In this document: positions 19,399-30,105 of the stretch, one piece after another
How the letters are laid out: each line of letters begins with the position of its first letter
Numbering within the stretch: position 1 is the stretch's first letter
Notes under the pieces: model-generated
What the model saw: only the letters and a program-made list of their open reading frames with translations
Database searches by the model: none
What the model was told of the DNA's origin: nothing
NCBI GenBank assembly: GCA_019058245.1
Contig: JAHPZJ010000026.1
Location: 1,671-65,670 of the forward strand
Source of the DNA: Promethearchaeota archaeon
GTDB taxonomy: Archaea > Asgardarchaeota > Lokiarchaeia > Sigyniarchaeales > SOKP01
Length of the DNA: 64,000 bases
Direction: 5' to 3'
Translations under genes and position numbers: made by a program

Positions 19399-22300
19399 TT
19401 AATCTTCAATTTCAATTAATATTTCCTCTTCTTCAAATAAAGGGAGCATTTCGAGTATTTCTTTAATTTTTGGCAAATATGTATTCAAATTATATTGTCT
19501 AATATCAATCAGAAAGAGAATTAGCATTATATATAATGTTTCCTCAAGCATTTTCTTGTTCATACCTAAATTATTCAAAAAATCATTAATATTCTTTCTG
19601 ATTGATTCTAAAGGTTCTCCAACCTTTAGAAGTGTTAATCCATGTAAAAGGATCATTAATGAACTACTCCCAAAATCTTTTCTTTTTAAAAATGAAGTTC
19701 CTAATTTTAAATATTCGATTGCTGCGTTTTTTAATTCCTGTGCTTTTAATAGATTCAATATTGATGAATAATAGCGTTTTCTCATTGGTTTTCTCTTACT
19801 ATATATGATATCTTTTTCTCTTTGAGCCTCTCCCTTTCTTGTTTGTATTTTTCCAAATCTTTGATCAATTTCTATTTGTAGTTTAGATTTTTCTCCAAAT
19901 TTCTTCCGAAATATTTTATCCGTGACTTTTTCTTCTTCAGTAATTATTTCATCTTTTATAATTTCTGCCTTTTCTTCTTTTAAAATCTCTTCTCCCATGT
20001 ATTCATTTAATAATTCCAATTCTTCTTCGAATAAAGGAAGTACTTTAAAAAAATGTAGTGAATCTTTAAAATTTACCTCATCCTGAATTTCTTTTAATCC
20101 AATAATATATTCCAACAAGGTTACAGCAAATGACTCCGAAAATAACTTTCCTAAACCAGATAATGGTTTTATAATTTGTTCTAATAGTTTTTTAGCATCA
20201 TTAAATTTATCTTGCTTAATAAGGATTAGTGCTGCTACAGCTAAAGAAACACCTGCTAATCTATATTTATTCCTTAAATTAAATCGACTTATAGTATTCT
20301 TGTATATTTCAAATGCTTTATCATACTCTTCGTTCTTTAAATTACTTAAACCTTCACTAAAATATCTCTTCCTTAGTCCATTTCGTTCCTTTTTATCATT
20401 TTCTTTATCCAATAATGATTCTCGAGCCCTTGTTTCAATGATTGAACCTTTCTCTTTTAATACTTCTTCTCTACGTGTTTCTTTAGCTTTTTCAGATCTG
20501 ATGGCACTTTTTTCAGCTTCTAAAACCTCTATTTTCTTATGAATTTCTGTTTTATATTCTTTTTTTACAATTTTATCGTTATAAATTTGTGCTAGATGCA
20601 AATTATCTAGTTCTATATAAATTTCGGCAATTTTCTTATAAATTTTATTAAAAGTAATACCAATGCTTTCTTCCTTTTCCAAATATGAAGTATTTATATT
20701 TAATACTTTTTTTATAAACATTTCTGCTTTATTAATTGACGATAGACTTCCTTCTTTTTCTAGAATACTCAAGACTTCACTCTTAATCACTTTAATGAAT
20801 AATGCACTTATTTTTTTAGATTGATCATATAGCATTTCATTTCGATATAACCTAATTGAATTATCAAATATCTTTTCTTTTAATATAAAATCCTCTGATT
20901 TTCTTAGTGCTTGTAATTTCTGATTAAATTTTGGGAAAATTCTTGTTAAATATCTTTTCTTCATATCTCTTGAAAGTTCTATAAAAAATGAAAAGAAGTC
21001 TTCAAATTTTAAACCTTCTAATAGCTTATCTAAAGATATTGTAAGAATTTGATCGCTAATATCTTCTTTTCCAATCTTTTTAAGGTATTCAGCTCGATCT
21101 TTTAAGAGTTTTGCAGATTTAAAATATTTTTTCTGTTTTACAAGTTCTTCTGCTTTATTGATTTCTAAACTATTTTCTTCTGCAATTATATCAATTTCAG
21201 TTTTAACAAAATCTCTTAAAATTTCAATTCCCTTATTTACATAATCTTCTACTTCTTTCTTTTTTAAGGCATTATATTTATCTTCTAATTCATCTCGAAT
21301 TTTAGCAATTTGTTGTTTTAATTCTCTTGAGATTAATTTTTCTATTAAAGTGGTAGCCACTTTAAAGTTATTGCTATCAAAAAAATTATTAATTAGTTTT
21401 TCCAAAGTAGAATCTAAATTTACCTTTTTTACTTTATAAGAAACCCATAAATTTTCTAGTTCATCGTAAGTATTTTTAGCAGCATGGTTTTTACGTTCAC
21501 TTACTTGTATTTTTAAAATAGAGATCAATATTTCAGTTAACTTTTCAGTCAAAATTTTTAATTCTTCAAAAAGATCTTCTCGTTGGTATCGATTAACTGC
21601 CATATACAGTTGTTCTTTTGCTAATTCAATATTATTAATGCTAACTAAGTATTCAGCAGCTGCAGCAATTTTTTCTGCAATTTCTCTTAATATTACTAAC
21701 ACGTCTTTATGAGGAATGCTTTGAAGAATTCTAAAAGCATCTTCTATTTTACAGGCGGAGATCCAAGAATTTATTGCCAACTCAAAAGCTTCATTTATAA
21801 ATTCCTTATCTAGTGATTCTATACTTGACCATTGGGCTGCTCTCTCATAGTTTCTAGCGGCACGTTCATATTCATTCCGATTGAATAATTGATTCCCTTC
21901 TCTTATTATTGCCTCAGCATATAATTTTTTAAAATTTGATGATTTATTTCTATCAACTTTCTCTAGTATTTGACTTGCTTCTAAATATAAATTCATTTTA
22001 GAATATAGATATGCAGCTTGTTCACAAATTATGAAAAATTCCTCTTTATTGTAGATTTCAGCAATTAGAGCAGCTTTTCTAACCGCTTGGGCAGCATAAT
22101 AATAATTTTGATTAGTAAAGTAGATATTAGCCATTTGAATGAATATAGGAAATCTCATCCAAGCGTTCTCTATATTTAATGGAGTATCACCGTTAATCAT
22201 TGCTGAACATAATGATTGGAGTGCTTGATGAAAATATTTTGGAGAGAGATTAACAAAAGCCTCTAAGCTAGGAAAATTAACCCATATGTGCGTCAATAGC

Positions 22301-22665
22301 TCATTAACAGAGATTGGGAGTATTCCTTTGTTATCATAAAATATGATAATTGTGGGTATATCTCGCTTTACTGAAAAAATATCCGGAATTATCATTTCAA
22401 ATAGTTCAGATTCTCCAATGATGGTTGGATTTAAAAAATAAATGATTCCATCAACCATAGGAATAATTTCATCTAAATCAAAAGTAATATCTTTAATAGT
22501 GTCAATTTCTAATTCACATATATTATCTAAAACTTTAACTTCTTTATACCATTTATAATAACTTTCTTGATCTTCACCCTCATCATCGAATGCACTTGAA
22601 ACGTAAAAATTTATTAAATCAGGATCAAATCCAAGAATCAAACATCGAAAATAGAATGTTGACAT
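19399..22665 (-). CDS. Large TPR/alpha-solenoid protein with a degenerate small-GTPase-like N-terminal domain
   Basis: Long ORF; TPR-like YERAARNYERAA segments; N-terminal strand pattern FRCLILG / ELEIDT / DGIIYFLNP / IPTIIIF; two C-terminal repeats ending LPLFEEE. Confidence 0.7.
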   Translation of the reverse strand: MSTFYFRCLILGFDPDLINFYVSSAFDDEGEDQESYYKWYKEVKVLDNICELEIDTIKDITFDLDEIIPMVDGIIYFLNPTIIGESELFEMIIPDIFSVKRDIPTIIIFYDNKGILPISVNELLTHIWVNFPSLEAFVNLSPKYFHQALQSLCSAMINGDTPLNIENAWMRFPIFIQMANIYFTNQNYYYAAQAVRKAALIAEIYNKEEFFIICEQAAYLYSKMNLYLEASQILEKVDRNKSSNFKKLYAEAIIREGNQLFNRNEYERAARNYERAAQWSSIESLDKEFINEAFELAINSWISACKIEDAFRILQSIPHKDVLVILREIAEKIAAAAEYLVSINNIELAKEQLYMAVNRYQREDLFEELKILTEKLTEILISILKIQVSERKNHAAKNTYDELENLWVSYKVKKVNLDSTLEKLINNFFDSNNFKVATTLIEKLISRELKQQIAKIRDELEDKYNALKKKEVEDYVNKGIEILRDFVKTEIDIIAEENSLEINKAEELVKQKKYFKSAKLLKDRAEYLKKIGKEDISDQILTISLDKLLEGLKFEDFFSFFIELSRDMKKRYLTRIFPKFNQKLQALRKSEDFILKEKIFDNSIRLYRNEMLYDQSKKISALFIKVIKSEVLSILEKEGSLSSINKAEMFIKKVLNINTSYLEKEESIGITFNKIYKKIAEIYIELDNLHLAQIYNDKIVKKEYKTEIHKKIEVLEAEKSAIRSEKAKETRREEVLKEKGSIIETRARESLLDKENDKKERNGLRKRYFSEGLSNLKNEEYDKAFEIYKNTISRFNLRNKYRLAGVSLAVAALILIKQDKFNDAKKLLEQIIKPLSGLGKLFSESFAVTLLEYIIGLKEIQDEVNFKDSLHFFKVLPLFEEELELLNEYMGEEILKEEKAEIIKDEIITEEEKVTDKIFRKKFGEKSKLQIEIDQRFGKIQTRKGEAQREKDIIYSKRKPMRKRYYSSILNLLKAQELKNAAIEYLKLGTSFLKRKDFGSSSLMILLHGLTLLKVGEPLESIRKNINDFLNNLGMNKKMLEETLYIMLILFLIDIRQYNLNTYLPKIKEILEMLPLFEEEEILIEIED

Positions 22666-22860
22666 TTTTTCAATAAATCAATTATGTTTTTCACTTTATA
22701 TTGTTTGATTAATTCTAGCTTGGTTATAAAGATTTTTTAACACATAAAATTAATATTATAAAACTTATGAAATTATTTTAAAAGAAAAGAAATCTTTTAA
22801 TAATAATTAATTGAGTTTGGGAATTTATATTTTTGTTTCTAACATTTCGGTGATTACACA

Positions 22861-23523
22861 TTGAATTATGTAGAAAGGAATTATCAACTGATAAAAGCAA
22901 GAATGATTGAACAAATGGAGAAATCTATTGTATTAGGGAGAAAACTTATTGATACAGAATTAGATACGGGGTTTTTAAACTTTATAATTAATCCAATTGT
23001 AAAGGGTTTTTATGATTATTGGGCGAAAAACGAAGCAAAATCTGGGACATTAAAGCAAATTAAGATTACACTAGATGCAGGTAAGCATTTAGTTATTAAT
23101 GGAAACACAGATCAAAAATTTAATAAAATTGTTGAGGAATATTTTCCTAAATATTTTAAAAATGATCAAACATCTCGTATGGGAGATAAAAAGCACAAGA
23201 ATTTTGAAAGGTTTAGACAGAATGCTAAAGAAACTTTTATAAACTATTTAGAAGAACTTGTAACACTTTTAAGAGTAGAAGAAAGCGTTGATAATTATGG
23301 GGATTTATGTCGAATTGCTTTTAAATCAAAGGAAGTTGCTGAAGTGAATTTAATGAGACAATTAGATTTTACAGAAAAAGGAATTAAAATAGTTGAAGAA
23401 GACCCCTCAATTCTTAAAATTCCAATAGGAAAGAAAATTATTGTAAAAGCACTTAGAAAAGGCTTTGAATTGACTAAAAAAGAATTTATTCACGGGCTCA
23501 CTGATACGTACAACCAAAAATGA
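22861..23523 (+). CDS. Hypothetical helical protein (paralog A)
   Basis: TTG start; colinear similarity with the next gene. Confidence 0.8.
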   Translation: MNYVERNYQLIKARMIEQMEKSIVLGRKLIDTELDTGFLNFIINPIVKGFYDYWAKNEAKSGTLKQIKITLDAGKHLVINGNTDQKFNKIVEEYFPKYFKNDQTSRMGDKKHKNFERFRQNAKETFINYLEELVTLLRVEESVDNYGDLCRIAFKSKEVAEVNLMRQLDFTEKGIKIVEEDPSILKIPIGKKIIVKALRKGFELTKKEFIHGLTDTYNQK

Positions 23524-23580
23524 TTAAATTTATAAAAAATTCTATTAATTATATATATTTTTTATTTTGGAGAATTAAGC

Positions 23581-24240
23581 ATGGAACTTATCGAGAGAAA
23601 TTATAAAATATTAGAGAATAGAATGGTTGAACAGATGAATGTTTCCTTTAATGATGGAAAATCATTAATCGAATCAGAATTAGATGCCGGAGTTATTAAT
23701 GCAATTGTGAAACCTATTGTAAAATCTTTTTATAAATATTGGACAGACAAAGATGCACGGTCTGGTACACTTGGACAAATTAAGATAACTTTAGATTCTG
23801 CTAAAGAAATATTGATGAATGGGGATCGATCAAAAGAGCATTTCGAAAGGATTATTAATAGAAATTTTCCCATTTATTTAGAAAATGACCAAACTGATAG
23901 ACAATGTAAAAAAAATCATGACAAATATATAAAATTGAAGGATATAACAAAAAGAAGTTTTATAACTCAAGTAGAAGAAAGTATCTTATTCTTAAAAGTT
24001 GATGAGGATGTTAAAGATTATGCTGAATTGTCAAGAGCAACATTTAAAACTAAAGAAAAGGCATACGAAGCTTTAAAGCGACAATTAGATTATAATGAAG
24101 AGGGAATATCAATCGTGGAAAAAGATGATTCAATATTAAAAGTTCCAGTAGGAAAAAATCTTATTCTAAAAGTTCTCAGAAAAGGATTTGAATTAACAAA
24201 ACAAAAGCTAATTAAAGAACTAGATCAAATTTTTAATTAA
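23581..24240 (+). CDS. Hypothetical helical protein (paralog B)
   Basis: Shares ERNY, SGTLxQIKITLD, NDQT, RQLD, SILKxPxGK and LRKGFELTK with paralog A. Confidence 0.8.
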   Translation: MELIERNYKILENRMVEQMNVSFNDGKSLIESELDAGVINAIVKPIVKSFYKYWTDKDARSGTLGQIKITLDSAKEILMNGDRSKEHFERIINRNFPIYLENDQTDRQCKKNHDKYIKLKDITKRSFITQVEESILFLKVDEDVKDYAELSRATFKTKEKAYEALKRQLDYNEEGISIVEKDDSILKVPVGKNLILKVLRKGFELTKQKLIKELDQIFN

Positions 24241-24287
24241 GAAGATTCCTTATTTAAATTTTAGACAAAAAAGAGTAATAAATTATA

Positions 24288-25358
24288 TTGAATGAAATTC
24301 CTCAAAATCGAGAGGGAAAAAACTATTTACGCTTTATTTTTTTAAATTTATTGATTATAATTTTTATAATAATCTCCTATGTATATATTTCTGAATCTTT
24401 TGGTTCAATATCCAGTATTTTCATAAATAATCAAGAATTTTCTGTTCAATTTGGAATAACTCTTTTATTATTTACTTTATTTTCGATTTTAGCAGGACCT
24501 ATACATGGAGTAATTTCAGGTTTCCTAGGTGAATTACTCTTTCAACTTGCATATTATAACAAAATTTATTTTGAATGGTGTTTCATTGTAGCTATATTAG
24601 GATTATTATCTGGAATCTATAAATATCGTCCTATGAAATATTTTAATCCTCTTAACGTTTATTATACTTTTATAGTTTTAATTCTTGTATCTTGTATTAT
24701 TTTTGGATTAATTGTATTAATTCAATTTTCCCTATATTCAGGTCAAGAATCTGTGGAAGTTATAATAATCAATTATGGATTTAAATTTTTTCTCCAATCA
24801 CTTATTTCAATTATATTTATTGTTCCTATTTTATTGTTAATATATGATAGAATTTTCTCTAAAGAAGAAAAACATCTGTATTATATGATCTTAACCCACC
24901 ATCCCGTTTCTGTCAGCGATCACACATTCTATTTTAAATTTGGAAGAACAAAAATTTATTTCTGTTCAAGATGTTCAGGTGTAATTCTTGGAGGATTAAT
25001 ATCTATGTTTTCGACAGATATGCTTTATAAAATATTACAGGTAGAAATTAGTGCAGAATTTTCTTTATTTCTCTGTATTGTTCTTCCAATACCTGGCTTA
25101 ATTGACTGGGGCACACAAAGACTCTTATTAAGAAAAAGTACTACCTCGTATCGTTTATTTACTGGATTTTTTATTGGATCAGCTTTACATTTCATGGGTT
25201 ATACTTATAAATATTATTACTATACATTTCTCATTTTGGTAATTTATTTCACAATATTTGGTATCTTAGTATTTTTTGGACACAAGAAGGAATTAAAATT
25301 GTTGAAAGAAGAAATGAATAATTTTCCTAAAGAGATAGAATATAGAAAAGATGTCTGA
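24288..25358 (+). CDS. ECF S-component-like domain fused to a DUF2085-like membrane domain
   Basis: SILAGPIHGVISGFLGELL (S-component pattern); HH...HTF...FCSRCSG...IDWGTQ...RLFTG (DUF2085 pattern). Confidence 0.7.
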   Translation: MNEIPQNREGKNYLRFIFLNLLIIIFIIISYVYISESFGSISSIFINNQEFSVQFGITLLLFTLFSILAGPIHGVISGFLGELLFQLAYYNKIYFEWCFIVAILGLLSGIYKYRPMKYFNPLNVYYTFIVLILVSCIIFGLIVLIQFSLYSGQESVEVIIINYGFKFFLQSLISIIFIVPILLLIYDRIFSKEEKHLYYMILTHHPVSVSDHTFYFKFGRTKIYFCSRCSGVILGGLISMFSTDMLYKILQVEISAEFSLFLCIVLPIPGLIDWGTQRLLLRKSTTSYRLFTGFFIGSALHFMGYTYKYYYYTFLILVIYFTIFGILVFFGHKKELKLLKEEMNNFPKEIEYRKDV

Positions 25359-25866
25359 TAAAATGCATAATATAATTTTTATTCATGGTCTTATCAGCTC
25401 GGGTGATGGTTTTAAAGGACAACTATTAAGAAAAACATTACCTGGATGTTTAACTCCAAATTTTACACCATATAGTCCAGAAAAACCACTCAAAATATTA
25501 TTCAAAGAACGTATGGCGCAACTAATTCCAATCATTGAAGAAAAAATTAAGTGGATAATTATTGGCTCCAGTTTTGGAGGTTTAATGGCTACAATATTTA
25601 CTTTAGAAAATCCAAAAAAGATTTCTAAATTAATTTTACTCGCCCCTTATTTATCAACTCCTTTATTAAATCCAAAGATATATTCTCCTGTAAATATTCC
25701 AGTTGAGATTTTCCATGGAAAGAATGATAAAGTTGTTCCAGTTAAGCAAGCTCAGAAAGTAGCAGAAAAGCTATTTACAAATTTAATATATAAAAGGGTA
25801 AATGATGATCACACACTTAAAAAAACAGTTAAAGCTTTAAATTGGGAAAATATAATAAAAAATTAA
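25351..25866 (+). CDS. Alpha/beta hydrolase (YqiA-like esterase)
   Basis: FIHG, GSSFGG nucleophile elbow, HGKNDKVVP, DDH. Confidence 0.88.
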   Translation: MSDKMHNIIFIHGLISSGDGFKGQLLRKTLPGCLTPNFTPYSPEKPLKILFKERMAQLIPIIEEKIKWIIIGSSFGGLMATIFTLENPKKISKLILLAPYLSTPLLNPKIYSPVNIPVEIFHGKNDKVVPVKQAQKVAEKLFTNLIYKRVNDDHTLKKTVKALNWENIIKN

Positions 25867-25982
25867 TATCTTAACAATATTCTATTTTCAGATCATTTAA
25901 AAATTGGACTCCATTTTTTTTAAAATCATTTGTTAATATCTTTTAATTAGTAAATAATTATGAAAAAATTGGTGCTTTTAAT

Positions 25983-26468
25983 TTGGATTGGGAGAATGTT
26001 TTTAATAATATTGGATTCTGGTATGATGTATTTATCGAGTGGTATTTAGACCAGCCTATATATGGGCAAGTGTTGGCAATAATTGGTCTAATTGCATTAT
26101 GTGCATTAGCAATAACTCTTGTTTATTATATGATTAAAGGAATTGCATATTTGCTGTATTATATGTTCAAGGGAATATACTTGCTTCTTAAGTATATTGG
26201 TTATGGCTTTTATAAGCTAACTGAAGGTTTTTATTATTTGGTATCTGGAAAACCAAAACCATCGAAAAAGGAAAGTTCACAAAAAGATGTTCAAAATGAT
26301 TATACAAGCGAATATCAATATAATTTGGAATATTGTAGTGAATGTGGGAGAAAGATGTCTCAAAGAATGAAATATTATTTTGAAAAAAATGGAATAGCAT
26401 ATTGTGAGAAATGTGGAACACGTCTTACCCAAAATCATGCCCTCAGAATTATATCTATCTCCCATTAA
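25983..26468 (+). CDS. Membrane protein with C-terminal zinc ribbon
   Basis: Hydrophobic N-terminal half; CSECG...CEKCG; TTG start. Confidence 0.75.
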   Translation: MDWENVFNNIGFWYDVFIEWYLDQPIYGQVLAIIGLIALCALAITLVYYMIKGIAYLLYYMFKGIYLLLKYIGYGFYKLTEGFYYLVSGKPKPSKKESSQKDVQNDYTSEYQYNLEYCSECGRKMSQRMKYYFEKNGIAYCEKCGTRLTQNHALRIISISH

Positions 26469-26547
26469 TTAAGTTAAACATATTTTTAATCAAAAATAAT
26501 TAAAGCAATAGAACAAAAATATAATTATAAAGGTGTAGTTAAACAAT

Positions 26548-28131
26548 ATGTCAAAAGTTTATGTTTGTAGAGAATGTGGATATGCATTCCCAGATGAACT
26601 TATTCACTTAATAGAAAATAATATCCAAGTTTATTGTGAACGATGTGGATCACCTTTTATTATGGAAGGAGTTTCATTTAAACCCGCGACAACCCCATAT
26701 CGAAGAATAAAAAAGTCCTCTATTCGAATATCTGAAAGCAAATCTTCTAAGATAGAAAAAGTTATTCAAGCTTTAAACAAAATATCTTTTATACCTTTTT
26801 TTATCTTTACAGTTATTATACTTGGATTTTTAGCAGAATTAACTATTTCATGGGATATTAGGATCCTATTTAAGCGTCTTATACTTGGTCTAATAGGACT
26901 ATCTTTCATAATTTATGATAGAACACGTATAACTCGAAAAGTAAGGGAGAAAAAATACAATGATATTTTTCTTGATGCATTCTGTTGGGGAATCTTAGGT
27001 TGCGTTCTATATGGGCTTGGTGTTATTCTTCTCATTAAGGGAATCTTTATTATTATCTATGTGATTACAGATTCTGAGAATGAATCTTTAAAAAAGTATG
27101 ACTATGGATTACTTGCGAAAAACTCTTTGAATTACTTCTCTGCTAAAGCAGGCTTAGTAATCATACTTTTTGGATTATTTGGAATATATGCAAGTAGACT
27201 TTATTTACCTGAATTCGATACTATAAATATAGATTTACCATTTGATATCCAAGTACCTGCAAGAATCTTCATTTTTCTTGGTTTCTTGATTATTTCATTA
27301 ACAATTTTAATTATTGATAGTAGTTTAAAAAAGAAAACTGATGAAAAACAAGAATTTAAGGCTCTGGATGCAATTAAATATTTTATTTTGGGGATTTTTG
27401 GAGTATTCTTCTATTCAGCTGGTGTCTTCATATTATTCAAAGGGATCCTAATATTCTTTTTAATTTTTGGTAAACCAACAGAAGAGATTAAAAAAATACC
27501 AATAGAAGAAAAACAAATATATTATACTCCAACAGCTTCAACTCCACCAATAACTTCAAAACCTCCAATAACCTCTTATGAAAAAGTAGAAGAATTACAA
27601 AAAGAGAAAACAGAAGAGCAAATAGCTCAAATAACTAAAACAGAAGAAAAACTAATCAGTGTAGAACCTCAAAAAATTGAAGAAACCACAGTTAAAGAGT
27701 CTGAAAAAAGCCCGATAAATATAGATAAAAAAGAAAAGGCAAAGAGGGAAGAGGAATATAAATTAAAATTACATGATTCCCTATTACCTGTCAAAGATGA
27801 AAAGGATAAGAAATTAGTTAAAGAATATTTTTCAAAAATATTTTCAGTTCTTTCAAAGGACTTAAGGAAACAAATTCTCGATCTAAAAATTTCTAAAAAG
27901 GAAAAGAAAGAACTTTTGGAAGAACTTGCGTTCTTAACAAAAGAAGAACAAGTAAAATACATTGAAGCTGTTGTTAATTTATATAAAGAAATTCCAAAAA
28001 GATTAATTGCCAGAATTCGCAAACTTCCTAATGTTCGCCCAAAACATTATGATAAAATTTTAGATCAATTAAAATATATGGATTATGAAGAACAAATCAA
28101 ATTTGTTCAATTCTTAGAGGAAAACGTCTAA
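26548..28131 (+). CDS. Zinc ribbon + multi-TM protein with C-terminal helical domain
   Basis: CRECG...CERCG; duplicated TM module; Pro/Thr/Glu-rich linker. Confidence 0.75.
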   Translation: MSKVYVCRECGYAFPDELIHLIENNIQVYCERCGSPFIMEGVSFKPATTPYRRIKKSSIRISESKSSKIEKVIQALNKISFIPFFIFTVIILGFLAELTISWDIRILFKRLILGLIGLSFIIYDRTRITRKVREKKYNDIFLDAFCWGILGCVLYGLGVILLIKGIFIIIYVITDSENESLKKYDYGLLAKNSLNYFSAKAGLVIILFGLFGIYASRLYLPEFDTINIDLPFDIQVPARIFIFLGFLIISLTILIIDSSLKKKTDEKQEFKALDAIKYFILGIFGVFFYSAGVFILFKGILIFFLIFGKPTEEIKKIPIEEKQIYYTPTASTPPITSKPPITSYEKVEELQKEKTEEQIAQITKTEEKLISVEPQKIEETTVKESEKSPINIDKKEKAKREEEYKLKLHDSLLPVKDEKDKKLVKEYFSKIFSVLSKDLRKQILDLKISKKEKKELLEELAFLTKEEQVKYIEAVVNLYKEIPKRLIARIRKLPNVRPKHYDKILDQLKYMDYEEQIKFVQFLEENV

Positions 28132-28133
28132 AA

Positions 28134-29027
28134 ATGTCGATGGAAAAAAGAAGAGAGCCCAGAGAAGATAAGAAAAAAGAAAAACTCCGAGATAGCTCAT
28201 TTAGGCGTTTAGATTTTACACCATTACAGGAAACAATTGAAGTAGAAAAAAGAGTATTAGAAAAAGAAGAAATTGTTGAAGAGCTAACTGAAATTGAAAA
28301 AGAAGTCTTAGATATTGCAACTGAAATTTTGAAGTTAAAAAGATATGATACTGAATTTGAAATTGAATCAGAAAGTCAAATACAAAAGTATCCAATAATT
28401 GAGAAATTATATGCTAAATGTATTGCTAAACTTTCCTATAAGAAAGGATATAGCAAAGAGGAAATATTTTTAAATATTCGGAGTTTAGATGAAAAGAACT
28501 GGATAGTAACAAACGAAAGGCGTACTAAACTAGAAATCCTTACCAATGAAAAACTTGTTTCCATCCTTGAATTTATAAAAATTAATCCCGGAATTCATGC
28601 AAGAGATGATAAAATTGAGGCTGAACTAAACATAACTAGAACACCTTTTTTAAAACATGTAATGACTTTAGAACGCTTTGATCTTATTAGATCTAAGAAA
28701 ATTGGCAAAACTCTTCATTATTTTTTAAGTGATGTACCAGATGATTATGATAAATTCAAAGTTATTTTTCTGAATCCCTTGATCCCTAAAATATTGGAAG
28801 AAATCTTTAGGGATGAAGAGATAACAGTCTCAAAAATAGGGGAAAATCTTGACATATACTCAGGTACTATTCTTTATCATATTAAAAAACTTAAGGATCT
28901 AAACCTTTTAAGAAGTGCTAATAATAAAACTGGAAAAAAAATCTTTTTGATCAATATAGAACTCTTAAAAAAATATAATACGTTTTTTGATGAACCAGAC
29001 TTTTCTCAACTCTTAAAAGGGCTCTAA
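28134..29027 (+). CDS. Tandem winged-helix transcription regulator
   Basis: ILEFIKINPGIH...LERFDLIRSKKIGKTLHYF and ITVSKIGENLDIYSGTILYHIKKL. Confidence 0.8.
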   Translation: MSMEKRREPREDKKKEKLRDSSFRRLDFTPLQETIEVEKRVLEKEEIVEELTEIEKEVLDIATEILKLKRYDTEFEIESESQIQKYPIIEKLYAKCIAKLSYKKGYSKEEIFLNIRSLDEKNWIVTNERRTKLEILTNEKLVSILEFIKINPGIHARDDKIEAELNITRTPFLKHVMTLERFDLIRSKKIGKTLHYFLSDVPDDYDKFKVIFLNPLIPKILEEIFRDEEITVSKIGENLDIYSGTILYHIKKLKDLNLLRSANNKTGKKIFLINIELLKKYNTFFDEPDFSQLLKGL

Positions 29028-29046
29028 ATTCTAATCAATTTTATAA

Positions 29047-29928
29047 TTACCTTTTTAATGCATTATTTATTAGAGGTAATACCTTTATCAATAATTTTAT
29101 TGAGTTATCAATTCCATTCTCCATATCAGGATGAATTTCATTTGAATGGAGCAAATCATATTTAGGATTCCCTGGTAAATCCGAAACCGATAATACTGAA
29201 ATTGTTTTTAAATTGTAGATTTTACCAAGCAAAAATAATATAGATGATTCCATGTCTACGGATTGAACATTTATTGAAGATAATGCTCTTACAAAATCTA
29301 AACTTTCACAAAATAAAGCATCAGTAGTCCATAAATTAGTTTCTTTAACCTTATTTGAAAAAAGGGTATTACCTTCATTTACAAACAATTCTCTTAACAT
29401 TTCATTAGGTTTAGATATGAAAATAGTTTGATTTCCTGTAAATATATTTTGAAATTTACCCAATGGATTTGTAATTGACTGTAATTCATTAACTAATGAT
29501 GGATTTTCTCTTAAATATTGAGGACTTGTTCCATCATCGCAAAAAGCGAATTTTGGAATTAAAATATCTCCTATATTAATTGAAGAGTTAACATTTTCAA
29601 TTCCACCACACACATCAATTCTAATAATTATTGTTGTCTTACATCTTCTTAATGCTTCTACAGCCATCGCACAATTTGGAGCTCCAACTAAAGAACGAAC
29701 TATGCTAACTTTGACATTATTCAATTCCCCATTATAAACTCTTCCATAATTTCTTTTGTTCTGCAATTTTTGCAATAGTTTTTTCATTAAAGGCTTTATT
29801 GCAGGTAGAATTACTATTTCATTAAGATTTGAGGGACTTGTCTCAAGTATCATCCTTACGATCTTTTCATCTACACTAATGAATTTTAATCCCACATTCA
29901 ATAATTCACTTTTTATTCTGTTTAGCAT
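29047..29928 (-). CDS. Nucleoside phosphorylase family protein (PNP/UDP)
   Basis: VGAPNCAMAVEAL, IIRIDVCGGI, WTTDALFCE, SVDMESS, SVSD. Confidence 0.85.
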   Translation of the reverse strand: MLNRIKSELLNVGLKFISVDEKIVRMILETSPSNLNEIVILPAIKPLMKKLLQKLQNKRNYGRVYNGELNNVKVSIVRSLVGAPNCAMAVEALRRCKTTIIIRIDVCGGIENVNSSINIGDILIPKFAFCDDGTSPQYLRENPSLVNELQSITNPLGKFQNIFTGNQTIFISKPNEMLRELFVNEGNTLFSNKVKETNLWTTDALFCESLDFVRALSSINVQSVDMESSILFLLGKIYNLKTISVLSVSDLPGNPKYDLLHSNEIHPDMENGIDNSIKLLIKVLPLINNALKR

Positions 29929-30105
29929 TTTAGATCATCTCATCATTTATTCTAATTAACCAAAATAATAATTTTAGTTATAATCTAAAAGTAGTATACT
30001 AATTACTTATATACTTATAAATATAAAGAATATAATTTAATATCTTAATAAAATACATTTATTTATATAAACTAGTGAGAACATTGAGTTCATTGTGGTA
30101 GCTTT

